In this document: one piece after another, positions 30,544 to 39,888 of the stretch
Layout: each line of letters starts with the position of its first letter
Numbering within the stretch: position 1 is the stretch's first letter
Assembly (NCBI GenBank): GCA_964573695.1
Contig: CAZNKB010000001.1
Span: forward strand, 64,565 to 128,564
Direction: 5' to 3'
From: an uncultured Gammaproteobacteria bacterium
GTDB taxonomy: Bacteria; Patescibacteriota; Microgenomatia; UBA10105; UBA927
Length of the DNA: 64,000 nucleotides
Translations under genes and position numbers: made by a program
Notes under the pieces: model-generated
The model's input: the letters and a program-made list of their open reading frames with translations, nothing else
Database searches by the model: none
What the model was told of the DNA's origin: nothing

Positions 30544-31017
30544 TTACACCTCCGAGGTGTAAGTGTCGAGGTCGGCAAGTATTTGAGCCGTGTGAACTAG
30601 TGGGTTCACTTTTTCATACACCTTCGCCACCTCACCCTTGGGATCGATGAGGTAGGTAATCCTGAGAATCCCGTCGTGGCTTCGCCCCATAAACTTTTTC
30701 TCTCCCCAGGCCTTGTAGGCTTTAATCGTCGAGAGTCTCTCGTCACTGAGTAACGGGAAATTCAAGTGAAATTTATCCGCAAACTTTTTGTGTGAGGACG
30801 CGCTATCCTTTGATACTCCCAGGACCACCACATTCTTCTTTTCAAGCTCAGCGGCATTATCCCGGAAACTGCACGCCTCTTTCGTACACCCCGGTGTATC
30901 GTCTTTGGGGTAAAAATAAAGAACTACCCATTTTCCACGATAAGCACGAAGCGTATGTACCTTACCGTTTTGATCCGCTAATGAGAAGTCATCTGCCACT
31001 TTATTCATTTGGGCCAT
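30544..31017 (-). CDS. bcp: Peroxiredoxin Bcp (thiol peroxidase, AhpC/TSA family)
   Basis: 157 aa with an FYPKDDTPGCTKEAC peroxidatic Cys motif. Confidence 0.85.
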   Translation of the reverse strand: MAQMNKVADDFSLADQNGKVHTLRAYRGKWVVLYFYPKDDTPGCTKEACSFRDNAAELEKKNVVVLGVSKDSASSHKKFADKFHLNFPLLSDERLSTIKAYKAWGEKKFMGRSHDGILRITYLIDPKGEVAKVYEKVNPLVHTAQILADLDTYTSEV

Positions 31018-31022
31018 ATGGG

Positions 31023-32111
31023 TTATTTTAGCATGCGCTCACTGTCAAATCGCATTGCATCAAGTATTGCCCTGCTCACTACGCCCTCCAAAAAATACGG
31101 CTGTCCGTAATCCATGACCCGGATCGGGAGATATTCCACGTCTATCAACTTCCCTTCGTAGAATGTATACCTACCTATGACTCCTCGCTTGGTTTCTTCA
31201 CTCCACTCCTGGTCGAATACAAAATTACCATGCGCGTATACAATAAATTTGTCCTTATATAGCTCGACAGGCTGAATCCAATGCGGATGATTCCCGAGCA
31301 CTACGTCTGCCCCCGCATCCACCGCCAGATGTGCCAGGTCCCGTTGTCGCATTGTAGGTTCTGATACGTATTCAACTCCCCAATGGTAAGAAACGATAAC
31401 CACGTCCGCACGTTGGCGGGCGGCTCTTATATCTGACTGAATAATAGCTTCTTCTGCCCACGGCACGCCCGCCTCCCGGGAGCCGATATCGTTATACGCC
31501 AAAAACGAAAAAACAGTTCCCTTCACTTCCTTATACTCAGCCCGGGTGGAAACAGGGAGAATGCCGGCCTCGGACAAATGCTTCTTGGTTTCTTCTATCC
31601 CTGCCTCGGAATAATTCCCTATGTGGTTATTCCCGAGTGTAGCGACATCGACGCCGGCGTAGGTAAATCCGTCGATAGATCTGGCATCCGCGCAAAAAAT
31701 CATCCCTTCGACAGTCGCAGTACATGTTGCAAGAAGCGGCGTTTCCAAATTAATCACTGTAAGATCAGCGTCTCGCAATATCTCTGCGGTTTTTTCAAAC
31801 GGCCAGCGGAAATTCTTTCTTACCAACATACCGTGATTTACCGAACGGGCTGGGATAACATCGCCGGTAGCAATCAGCCTAACTGTTTTCTCCTGTGGCA
31901 ACCCCATTATCCACGAATGGTCGATTGCAAATATGCTTTCGAGTGAAATAGAAGAAACCGAAAATATTTTCGGGGATTGAGAGACAACCCGCTGCTCCTG
32001 GCCCAGGATATCCGGAAACGTAACAACCGGATCCCGGTAGAGATACCAGCCCGCAAAAAATACAGCGGTGAGAATAATTACACCGGGGAAAAACCGCCAA
32101 AACATACGCAT
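31023..32111 (-). CDS. CapA/PgsA-family metallophosphatase (poly-gamma-glutamate capsule synthesis-like)
   Basis: 362 aa with an N-terminal TM and IATGDV...NLE.P...GNHPHW motifs. Confidence 0.7.
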   Translation of the reverse strand: MRMFWRFFPGVIILTAVFFAGWYLYRDPVVTFPDILGQEQRVVSQSPKIFSVSSISLESIFAIDHSWIMGLPQEKTVRLIATGDVIPARSVNHGMLVRKNFRWPFEKTAEILRDADLTVINLETPLLATCTATVEGMIFCADARSIDGFTYAGVDVATLGNNHIGNYSEAGIEETKKHLSEAGILPVSTRAEYKEVKGTVFSFLAYNDIGSREAGVPWAEEAIIQSDIRAARQRADVVIVSYHWGVEYVSEPTMRQRDLAHLAVDAGADVVLGNHPHWIQPVELYKDKFIVYAHGNFVFDQEWSEETKRGVIGRYTFYEGKLIDVEYLPIRVMDYGQPYFLEGVVSRAILDAMRFDSERMLK

Positions 32112-32164
32112 ACCACTTACCCCGCGGGTCAGTATAGCACGGATATGCTATACTCGATGCGCAG

Positions 32165-32404
32165 ATGAACGACATCATAACCGTCGAAGAGGCTGCCCGG
32201 TTTCTCCATAAGCACACCAGTACGATACGACGCTGGATCGAAACCAAAAAATTGAAGGCCAGACATCTCTCAGCTGGCGGACACGGCATCTATGCCATTT
32301 TACGAAGCGACTTATTAGAAGTAGCTATCTCGGGCACGCTAGAAGCGAAAGAAAAAACGAGTCATCCTAAAATTACGGCATTACAGCGCCAACTACCTCT
32401 TTGA
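32165..32404 (+). CDS. Excisionase-family (HTH_17) DNA-binding protein
   Basis: 79 aa. ITVEEAARFLHKHTSTIRRWIETKKLKARHL matches the MerR-like HTH_17. Confidence 0.55.
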   Translation: MNDIITVEEAARFLHKHTSTIRRWIETKKLKARHLSAGGHGIYAILRSDLLEVAISGTLEAKEKTSHPKITALQRQLPL

Positions 32405-32410
32405 TATCCT

Positions 32411-32611
32411 TTACGTTCCTGACTCGGGAGGTGAGGTAGGTGTCGGAGAAGCTGATTCTTCATTTGTTTCGGGGGAAGCGAACGGCTCAAAAAAATTTCC
32501 GTTTTTTCTCTCGACTGTCATATAGTAACCGACTGCGAAGATAAAACCGCCAACAAGAAAAGCGAGCACCGCCCACTGCCAGAGAGGACGTTTTGTAAAT
32601 TGTTCTTCCAT
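32411..32611 (-). CDS. Small membrane protein
   Basis: 66 aa with one TM and a Pro/Ser/Thr-rich tail. Confidence 0.3.
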   Translation of the reverse strand: MEEQFTKRPLWQWAVLAFLVGGFIFAVGYYMTVERKNGNFFEPFASPETNEESASPTPTSPPESGT

Positions 32612-32626
32612 ACGATACGTAGTATA

Positions 32627-34330
32627 TCACCAGCTTCCACCGCCGCCGCCACCGCCTCCACCACCGGAAGATCCGCCGGAAAATCCCGAAGAGTGACCGG
32701 TGGACGAATGTGCTGCTATCGAGGCAGCAAATGAACTACTCATGCCATGTCCCAGACTATGGGCAAATACGACGCTGTTAAATCTGCCCCCTGAGGTGGA
32801 CTCGTACCAATCCGGATTTTTTATCCCCAGAGATTTGAATCGAGCCGCCCAGATTTCCTCGACACCGAATGCCACAGCAAACGGGAGTAGTTTCTCAAAC
32901 ATCATTTGGTTTTTTGCCTGAAACGAAAGCTGTCGCTCTTGACTCGTCAGGAAATTACGAAGCGACCTGGCCATTGCTGCCGCTTCGGCGCCAAAAAGCG
33001 TTTTCCGTGGCATGTGCTGACCGAACATAAGGGAAACCAAAAACAAAATGGGATTTACAAACAGAAACGACACCACGGCAAGTGCGATATACCACCCGCG
33101 TAATGTGTTTGGGTTGCTCGGAAAAAACTTATCGGCGACGAGCGACTCATAGAGCATGCCCTTCACCTTTTCGAGCGTCCTGGTAAGGTCAATAGTCTTG
33201 ATACTCACTCGCTCTCCGGTCGCAAATACGCCGTCGAGGAGCTCACGTTCAAACGGCAATACGTGGACATCCCCTTTCCAATCTTTTGTTTTCTCCAAAT
33301 CAAACACGTTTTTTTGGGTTTCGATGATCTTAAGATACCCGCGGCGTGCGAGGTCGACAATCGACGCGTAAATATCCCGCAAATCAGCCCGCTCGTCAAC
33401 AAGCGTACCTGTTTCGGCCGGCGTGAGTTCCCTGTGATGCGGAGTTTTGGGCGGACTAAACCAGGCTTTTGCTTCTCCTGTGGCAGGCTTGGGATCCCTG
33501 CCTCCAATCCACCAAGCGCGGACAACGGCAATCGGAGCCACGACATACCAAAGTACGGATGCGATCGCCAACAACACCAATGTAATTTTACCGGCTAATG
33601 TATCAAAAAACGGGACTTGCTCCCTCGGCTCCAACACGGCGACCACACCTTTGGGAAATCCCACTACGATCGTAAGTCCCTCATTCATTGAGAGTGGTTT
33701 ACTGATGCGTACTGTTGCCGAACGCGGATCAATATGTTCGGTTTCACACTCTTTTTCTCTCTCACCTGCTTTTCCGGTAAAACAAGCGACGTGGATATCT
33801 TCGACAGGCACGTCTTTTGGCAATATCACGGTTACGGAAGCGTCCGAAATAGGCACCGGCCAACCGGTTCCCACCGCGTTCCAATAGAGCTCATCGTGGG
33901 ACGGGAAATACGTCAGGATACCCGAGGCAGTATAGGACAAATCATAAAGATGTTTGCCGGTTATTGTCTTATCGGGATCACCGATTTTCCATTGCAAATT
34001 ATCGCCTTGTGTGGCGGACTCAAACCGATACGGACTTCCCTTCCCGTCGGTAATCGTCACATCGGAAAAATCCATAACATAGGGCTTACCGGTATCATTT
34101 GTTTTGATGAAACTGATATCGCGGTAAATACCGTGGCGGGTAAGATCTCCGAAATCATAGGAAATGCGTTCATTCATTTTGGCAGTGCCGTCGGATTGAA
34201 GCGCTATCGAAACATCCAAGTGTTCGATGTGCTCGCTGCCTGCAAACGGATCGGCAGCAAACACCCGTGCTACCAGCGGGTTGACAGTGAGGAACGCAAT
34301 GACCAACAACAACCACATGATTCGTTTCAT
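32627..34330 (-). CDS. DUF2207-family membrane protein with C-terminal Gly-rich tail
   Basis: 567 aa with a signal peptide, an N-terminal extracytoplasmic domain (HGIYRDI), TM helices and a C-terminal GGSSGGGGGGGGGGSW tail typical of DUF2207. Confidence 0.6.
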   Translation of the reverse strand: MKRIMWLLLVIAFLTVNPLVARVFAADPFAGSEHIEHLDVSIALQSDGTAKMNERISYDFGDLTRHGIYRDISFIKTNDTGKPYVMDFSDVTITDGKGSPYRFESATQGDNLQWKIGDPDKTITGKHLYDLSYTASGILTYFPSHDELYWNAVGTGWPVPISDASVTVILPKDVPVEDIHVACFTGKAGEREKECETEHIDPRSATVRISKPLSMNEGLTIVVGFPKGVVAVLEPREQVPFFDTLAGKITLVLLAIASVLWYVVAPIAVVRAWWIGGRDPKPATGEAKAWFSPPKTPHHRELTPAETGTLVDERADLRDIYASIVDLARRGYLKIIETQKNVFDLEKTKDWKGDVHVLPFERELLDGVFATGERVSIKTIDLTRTLEKVKGMLYESLVADKFFPSNPNTLRGWYIALAVVSFLFVNPILFLVSLMFGQHMPRKTLFGAEAAAMARSLRNFLTSQERQLSFQAKNQMMFEKLLPFAVAFGVEEIWAARFKSLGIKNPDWYESTSGGRFNSVVFAHSLGHGMSSSFAASIAAHSSTGHSSGFSGGSSGGGGGGGGGGSW

Positions 34331-35311
34331 TTAGCGGAGGTACTTTGCGACATTGGCATTATGTTCATCCAATGTTTTAGCGTAATGCACCACCCCGGCG
34401 GGGTCGTGGAGATAGTACATATAGTCGGTTTTTTTAGGATACGCGGCCGCCCGCAGGGCAGCAAGCCCCGGGTTACTGATCGGCCCGGGCGGTAACCCCG
34501 GATTCATATACGTGTTATACACAGATTTTACATTTTTGTCGTCTTCGGAAAGCACTTTTTTCCACCAGGTTTTTTCCTGAGACTGATATCCCAATGCGTA
34601 CTGAAGCGTCGCATCCGCCTGCAGCGGCCACCCTGCCTCGAGTCGATTAAGGAGGATGCCCGCGATAATCGGCCGATCCTCATCCGTGCGACCTTCGCGC
34701 TCTACGATTGACGCCAGTATCACAACATCCTCAAGCGTCCTTTTTTGGGACTTTATATCCGCACGCATCTCGGGGGTCACTTTTTTATCGAATGCAGTTG
34801 TAAATATCGAGATAATCGCACCCGCCGTCGCATCCTGCGGAATAAGGTAGGTATCGGGAAACATATAGCCCATTTTGGCGCCTCTCAAAAATTCGCTCTC
34901 CGGCAAATCCAAATTTTTTGCCAGCGCTGTCGCGATTTCTTCATTCCGCCATCCTTCCAGGGTCGTAACCCAGATATCCTCAAATCCGTGCGTCAGCTCG
35001 CGGGCCAGCGACCTTGCATCCATGGTGCGGTTTAATCGGAATTCCCCGGCTTGCAGATTCCTCTCTATCCCCATGAGCTTGACCAAGACAAAGAAAGCGG
35101 TAGAACTCCGGATCAGGTTGTCCCCGGCGAGATTTGCTGCTATTGCCCGTACTCCGTCGCCCGCGTTTACGCGAAATGAAACAGGAGAAGTATCCTTGAG
35201 GTCTACGGCCCTTGTGCTATCGAACCACCACGCCAACGCCCCGCCTATGCCAAGGATCAAGACAAGCACCAATACCATGACTCTCGTGATGACCGTGTTA
35301 CTTGATTTCAT
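34331..35311 (-). CDS. mltG: Endolytic murein transglycosylase MltG (YceG-like)
   Basis: N-terminal TM and ILASIVEREG, NPGLPPGPISNPG motifs. The start at the Met at 35311 avoids an overlap with the upstream mini-ORF; the track start is 35383. Confidence 0.8.
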   Translation of the reverse strand: MKSSNTVITRVMVLVLVLILGIGGALAWWFDSTRAVDLKDTSPVSFRVNAGDGVRAIAANLAGDNLIRSSTAFFVLVKLMGIERNLQAGEFRLNRTMDARSLARELTHGFEDIWVTTLEGWRNEEIATALAKNLDLPESEFLRGAKMGYMFPDTYLIPQDATAGAIISIFTTAFDKKVTPEMRADIKSQKRTLEDVVILASIVEREGRTDEDRPIIAGILLNRLEAGWPLQADATLQYALGYQSQEKTWWKKVLSEDDKNVKSVYNTYMNPGLPPGPISNPGLAALRAAAYPKKTDYMYYLHDPAGVVHYAKTLDEHNANVAKYLR

Positions 35312-35489
35312 GAAGTAGCGCACGGCGGTATTTTTTCGCCGCGGGGTCATACATATATATACGTCCGCATGCACAATCCACACGCACCAGACCAGTACCT
35401 TCCTTTACCGGAAGGAACTTACCACACCCCACGCATTTTCCCTGCGAAAGGAGCCATGCTTGTACCGGACCCAACAAATTTTTGAACAT
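35298..35489 (-). CDS. Small zinc-ribbon-like protein (CxxC...CxC)
   Basis: 64 aa from the internal Met (MFKNLL...CVGCGKF...CACGRIY). It fits exactly between the phosphorylase stop and the mltG start. Confidence 0.3.
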   Translation of the reverse strand: MFKNLLGPVQAWLLSQGKCVGCGKFLPVKEGTGLVRVDCACGRIYMYDPAAKKYRRALLHEIK

Positions 35490-35491
35490 AG

Positions 35492-36751
35492 TTATTCCAG
35501 CGCGTACACAGGCATTGATTTCAATGTTTCCGCCGCTTCCTTCAAGCGCCATTTATCGGAACTGTAAATCGTAGCTAGTATATCACCTTTGTCCACCCGC
35601 TCTTCAAGTTTTCGATTCAAGTACATCCCTGCTTTTTTGTCGGTCGGGCACCCCAAAATTCGGCAAATGACGGTAATTTGCTGATTATTAATTCCCGATA
35701 TCATGCCATGTTTTGTCGCTTTGAGCTCATAGAAATCTTTGGCAGGTATGAGCCTGCTGCTTGTTACATCCGGGTGCCCCCCCTGTGCTTTGATAATTTC
35801 GCGCATCTTGGAAAGCGCCTTGCCGGAAGCCAGCAGTTCCCGCGCCACTTCCTCACCGTCCATATCCTTTTTTCCTGGAGTATCAGAAAAACATAAAGAT
35901 AATAATTTACCCGCAAGTCGAAGGGCTTTTGCTTCCAACGCAAGGGGGCGTTCCGGCGTTTGCTCCAATACTTCAAATACGTCGCGTGCCTCAAGTACCG
36001 GACCTATACCTCGACCTGCGTTTTGCCGCGTTTCGTTGATATCCACGACAACCTTAATTTTGAACCGTTTTCCAAGCATCATAAATTTCCGGGACATAAG
36101 CTCCGCATCTTTAAAATGCTGTATCTTCATCGTCGGTCCCACCGGTAAATCAAGGACGAGATGATTGGCTCCCGAGGCAATTTTTTTGGCCATGACGGAA
36201 ACGATGATTTTGTCATAGGATTCGAAGGCAAGAGGGCGCTCAACCTGAATAAGCGCATCGTCCGCAGGAGCCAGTCCTACGTGTCCGCCCCACACGATAC
36301 ACCCGCCGACTTTTTCCACGATTTTGGTGATCTGTGCCGTCGTAAAGGTAACGGGAGCCACGACTTCCATAGTATCTGCAGTTCCCGCAGGGGAGGTAAT
36401 AGCGCGTGTCGAGGTTTTGGGGATTTTGTATCCGGCTGCCGCGATAATAGGGACAACTATCATCGTCGTCCGTGTTCCAGCCACTCCTCCGGCAGAATGC
36501 TTGTCCGCCACAATCCCCTTAAATTTGAGTCTTGGACCGGTCGCCACCATTGCTTTTGTCAGCGAAAAAAGTTCTTCATCCGAAAAGCCTTCTTTGAACC
36601 CCGCTGCAGCAAAATAAGTCGTGAGGACCGGACTCAGTTTTTCGTTGGCGATCTCATCCATAATCGAGTAGATTTCGTCATAATTGAGCCGCTTACCGAC
36701 AAGTTTTTTTTTGATCGCGTCAACTGCTTTTTGTTGTGAATTGGCAGACAT
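35492..36751 (-). CDS. Thymidine/pyrimidine-nucleoside phosphorylase family protein (possible AMP phosphorylase)
   Basis: 419 aa with a DKHSAGGVAG phosphate-binding motif and a TP-family fold. Confidence 0.75.
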   Translation of the reverse strand: MSANSQQKAVDAIKKKLVGKRLNYDEIYSIMDEIANEKLSPVLTTYFAAAGFKEGFSDEELFSLTKAMVATGPRLKFKGIVADKHSAGGVAGTRTTMIVVPIIAAAGYKIPKTSTRAITSPAGTADTMEVVAPVTFTTAQITKIVEKVGGCIVWGGHVGLAPADDALIQVERPLAFESYDKIIVSVMAKKIASGANHLVLDLPVGPTMKIQHFKDAELMSRKFMMLGKRFKIKVVVDINETRQNAGRGIGPVLEARDVFEVLEQTPERPLALEAKALRLAGKLLSLCFSDTPGKKDMDGEEVARELLASGKALSKMREIIKAQGGHPDVTSSRLIPAKDFYELKATKHGMISGINNQQITVICRILGCPTDKKAGMYLNRKLEERVDKGDILATIYSSDKWRLKEAAETLKSMPVYALE

Positions 36752-36757
36752 ATTTGC

Positions 36758-37465
36758 TTATATCCTCACGAGCTTGGCTTTGACGTTTAACCGGTAAAGA
36801 TACGTTCCGGGAGGCACGCACGTTACCAGGGTGATATACGAGTCGTCAAACCGCTGTTCAAGCGGAGACAAATCCGTGGGTTCTACGACTACTTTGTCCG
36901 TCACGATATATTTATAGCTTAATCCATCGTAGGTAATATTGATATTCGCGCCGATTTTGATCGTCGGGAGAGTCGCAAATATTGTTTTATAATCCTTGGT
37001 CCCCCGAAAAAACTGCGGGAGAGTGGAGTGACCGAAAATAACCGTGTTTCCGTACTCACCGGGTAGCCCCGTACCTCCGTAATGAATAAGGCTTTTGCCT
37101 AAATCATCACCCGCGATGATGACGCTTGCGTCCGTTAACCCCAATGTCGGAATGGAGAGGGTATAACTATTGACGGGAGCGGATACCTTTTTTTGCGGAG
37201 ACGTCGGAAACCACGTATTGGGATCGGTTATATCCTTCTGCCCGGCAGCATAGGCTATCTGGCTTCCGGCATCCTTGCCACCCAAATCCGCTATCGGGCT
37301 TACTGTTTTTGCCAGTACTATCTGATCCACAAAAAAAAACGAAACAATGGGCCACATCGTCCACAAAATGATAAAAAACCCCAACGACATGAGGATATAC
37401 GAAACAACAACCGGTCGGGGAACCGGACGACGGGGCACCGCTTTTACATATCGGTACATTGCCAT
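36758..37465 (-). CDS. Sortase-family transpeptidase
   Basis: 235 aa with an N-terminal TM and a TLVTCVPPGT (TLxTC) catalytic Cys motif. Confidence 0.7.
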   Translation of the reverse strand: MAMYRYVKAVPRRPVPRPVVVSYILMSLGFFIILWTMWPIVSFFFVDQIVLAKTVSPIADLGGKDAGSQIAYAAGQKDITDPNTWFPTSPQKKVSAPVNSYTLSIPTLGLTDASVIIAGDDLGKSLIHYGGTGLPGEYGNTVIFGHSTLPQFFRGTKDYKTIFATLPTIKIGANINITYDGLSYKYIVTDKVVVEPTDLSPLEQRFDDSYITLVTCVPPGTYLYRLNVKAKLVRI

Positions 37466-37470
37466 ACCTA

Positions 37471-39882
37471 TTACTGTACCATGACGGTTACCGAGATGTT
37501 GCCGCTTTGTATGGGCAAACGGGATTTGGTCGGCGACAACGCAAATCGGAATTCTGCCCCGCTGACGCCTTTTGTCTCTTTGAGAATCTCAAGGGCAGTA
37601 TCCACGTCTTTACCGGCAAGCGCACGCTTGAGTCCGGCCTCATCGATGTGTGGCAGCGAAACGGCGGTCAATTTAGCAGTCAACGTAATAGTACCGTCCT
37701 TTTTCACGGTCACTCGAGAAACCGATACGTTCGTCTGCTCCGGCGCCAGGGAGTATCCTGCCGGCACCTTTGCTTCAACAAGCGTCGACAACGCGGCCTT
37801 GATATCACTGTCGGAAATACTCACCCCTGTCACTTTCACCGTCACTTTCCCGTGGAGCTCATTTGCTTCCTGATCGAGTTCCGCATCGAACACCTTTTCC
37901 GATACCTCAGTTTTGATCGTCTCGTCGATCAGCCTTTCACCGCCAGCCACGGCAAGCAGTTGCTGCTTGGCCTGTGTCACCAGATCTGTCGTCAGTGCTT
38001 TAACGAGTGCATCCTGATCCGCTCGCGATACGACCGTCACTTGCTTACTGGTCCCTCCGGTAAAGGCAGACTCATTGCGGGCTGATATTTGATTACCACT
38101 CATATTGGCAAAGGTAAACTCCGAACTTGCTCCCACATTACCGTTTGGACCTATATCGCGGGCGGTTACATTGGCGGCCGCCTTCCCGAACGTTATGGAG
38201 CCAATACTTTCGCTTGCCGATGCCACAGAAACATCGCTGTCGAGCGTAAATGCAATACCGCCTGTAGAAAGCACCGTACCTTTCGGCAATGTTTTGCCAC
38301 TGGTTACCTTGTTATAAATTGTCACTGTGCCCTTGGCAGGATCCCCCACGTTTTTTTTACCGGTAATGGCAATTGTTTTTTCTCCGCTTACGGACTGCTC
38401 TACTATCTTCCCCGGGATAATCTTGGTCGACGGATCTGCAGTAGTGGCCGATGTGTTGACCGTCACCGAGGTCGACTCATCGACGGATTGACTGGAAACC
38501 AATACGGTAACCATGACCTTTGGCAAGGCAAAGTAAAGTCCTCCCGCCACAAGGATAAAAAGGACAACGCCGATAATTACGGGAATTGTACCGCCCTTGA
38601 AACGCGGCATGTTCGACAACATACCCTTCACGGACCCAAATCCCGCGAACGAAAATGGGGGTAACTTGAATTTCGCGGGTAACGATATGGGTAACTTTTT
38701 GCCGGCAGACACAGGTGCTTTATGAGTCTGCGACGAGGTATGCTGATGCTCCAGCACGTCTTCATGACTAAACCCAAGGGCCTCCGGACTCACCACTTCC
38801 ACATTTGACAGTTCGTCATCTCCGCCCGTCATTTCAATAATTTGGGACTGCGTCTTTTCGGACTCATCGTCGCGCACCACTCCGTCCTCCGCAGTTTCTT
38901 CTTCGTCGTCTGGTGCGTCGCCTTGTGTGGTTGCTGCCTCATCCGTCTCTTCTTCCTCCGAAAATGCGCTTGACTCATCTTCCTCCTCTTCCGCTTCTTC
39001 TTCATCGATAACTTGAGTAGATGCCGTTGCGACAGCTGACTCCTGAGAGGTAGAGGGCATAGTAGGTTGAGCAACGGTCGAAACGCTTGCATCGGGTGAT
39101 TCCGTACGACTTTCACCGATTTCTTGAGACAACTCTGAAGCTCCCGCCAAAGAAATCGAGGTTAACAGTGTTTCGAGTGCAATACCTTCAATTTTGGGGA
39201 AATGCAGAAAATTCGCTCTCGTCGACCATGGATGCTTCAATAATTTTGAACGGACTTCCTCAAGTGTTGCCGTGTTGCCGCCATAGAGGAGTATGCGCGA
39301 GGGTAATACGTCACCGTCTTGGTGTTTTTTGAGAATCCCTTCAAGTGCAGCCGCCGGATCGTCATCGATGTCCATTGCGTCTTCGTGTGTCAGATTACCG
39401 ACGCGAAAAAGCGATATATGGGCACGCTTCCCTGAACATCCGAAAAGAATCACGCTGGGAGGAACGCCTTCGTCTTTTTTCAGTGAAAAAGCTATCGCCT
39501 GCGACAGGGGCACAAATCCGACCGGCGTAAGCTCAAGCATGACGGTAAGTTTCTTAAGGTGCGGGCGTATCGCCTCGAGGATATTGCCCTCGTGAGTCAG
39601 ATACGTGCCGGGCATGCCAAATACGGTTTTGGAGATTGCCTTCGCTACCCCTACCTTATCTTCGGCGGCAGAAAGCAGCCGATCCACTACCTGCGTGCGT
39701 GATTCCCACGTATCATCAGCCACCAATGCATGTGCAAAGCTGGAAATACGGGGCGTCTGTGAAGCGTCCAAGTGCCAGGTAGCGACGGCTGCGGCATCGG
39801 TATCGAGATAAAGCGAAAAAAAATAATTTTTCGCCTCTTCCTTCTTGGGCAATAAGTCGGTAAGCACGTGTGGAAGTTTCAT
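37471..39882 (-). CDS. Large bitopic membrane protein with an N-terminal actin-like (FtsA/PilM-like) ATPase-fold candidate, an acidic linker, one TM and a C-terminal extracytoplasmic beta-rich domain
   Basis: 803 aa. The N-terminus has phosphate-1-like YFFSLYLDTDAAAV and LLYGGNTA motifs. A poly-E linker (EEEAEEEEDE) follows, then a TM (IPVIIGVVLFILVAGGLYFALP), then about 330 aa rich in T/S/V/G. Confidence 0.45.
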   Translation of the reverse strand: MKLPHVLTDLLPKKEEAKNYFFSLYLDTDAAAVATWHLDASQTPRISSFAHALVADDTWESRTQVVDRLLSAAEDKVGVAKAISKTVFGMPGTYLTHEGNILEAIRPHLKKLTVMLELTPVGFVPLSQAIAFSLKKDEGVPPSVILFGCSGKRAHISLFRVGNLTHEDAMDIDDDPAAALEGILKKHQDGDVLPSRILLYGGNTATLEEVRSKLLKHPWSTRANFLHFPKIEGIALETLLTSISLAGASELSQEIGESRTESPDASVSTVAQPTMPSTSQESAVATASTQVIDEEEAEEEEDESSAFSEEEETDEAATTQGDAPDDEEETAEDGVVRDDESEKTQSQIIEMTGGDDELSNVEVVSPEALGFSHEDVLEHQHTSSQTHKAPVSAGKKLPISLPAKFKLPPFSFAGFGSVKGMLSNMPRFKGGTIPVIIGVVLFILVAGGLYFALPKVMVTVLVSSQSVDESTSVTVNTSATTADPSTKIIPGKIVEQSVSGEKTIAITGKKNVGDPAKGTVTIYNKVTSGKTLPKGTVLSTGGIAFTLDSDVSVASASESIGSITFGKAAANVTARDIGPNGNVGASSEFTFANMSGNQISARNESAFTGGTSKQVTVVSRADQDALVKALTTDLVTQAKQQLLAVAGGERLIDETIKTEVSEKVFDAELDQEANELHGKVTVKVTGVSISDSDIKAALSTLVEAKVPAGYSLAPEQTNVSVSRVTVKKDGTITLTAKLTAVSLPHIDEAGLKRALAGKDVDTALEILKETKGVSGAEFRFALSPTKSRLPIQSGNISVTVMVQ

Positions 39883-39888
39883 TCAGTT

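Noticed and set aside
32165-32404. Excisionase-family HTH as a marker of an integrated element
   Set aside because: There is no adjacent integrase or phage-like genes. The neighbours are housekeeping envelope genes of native composition.
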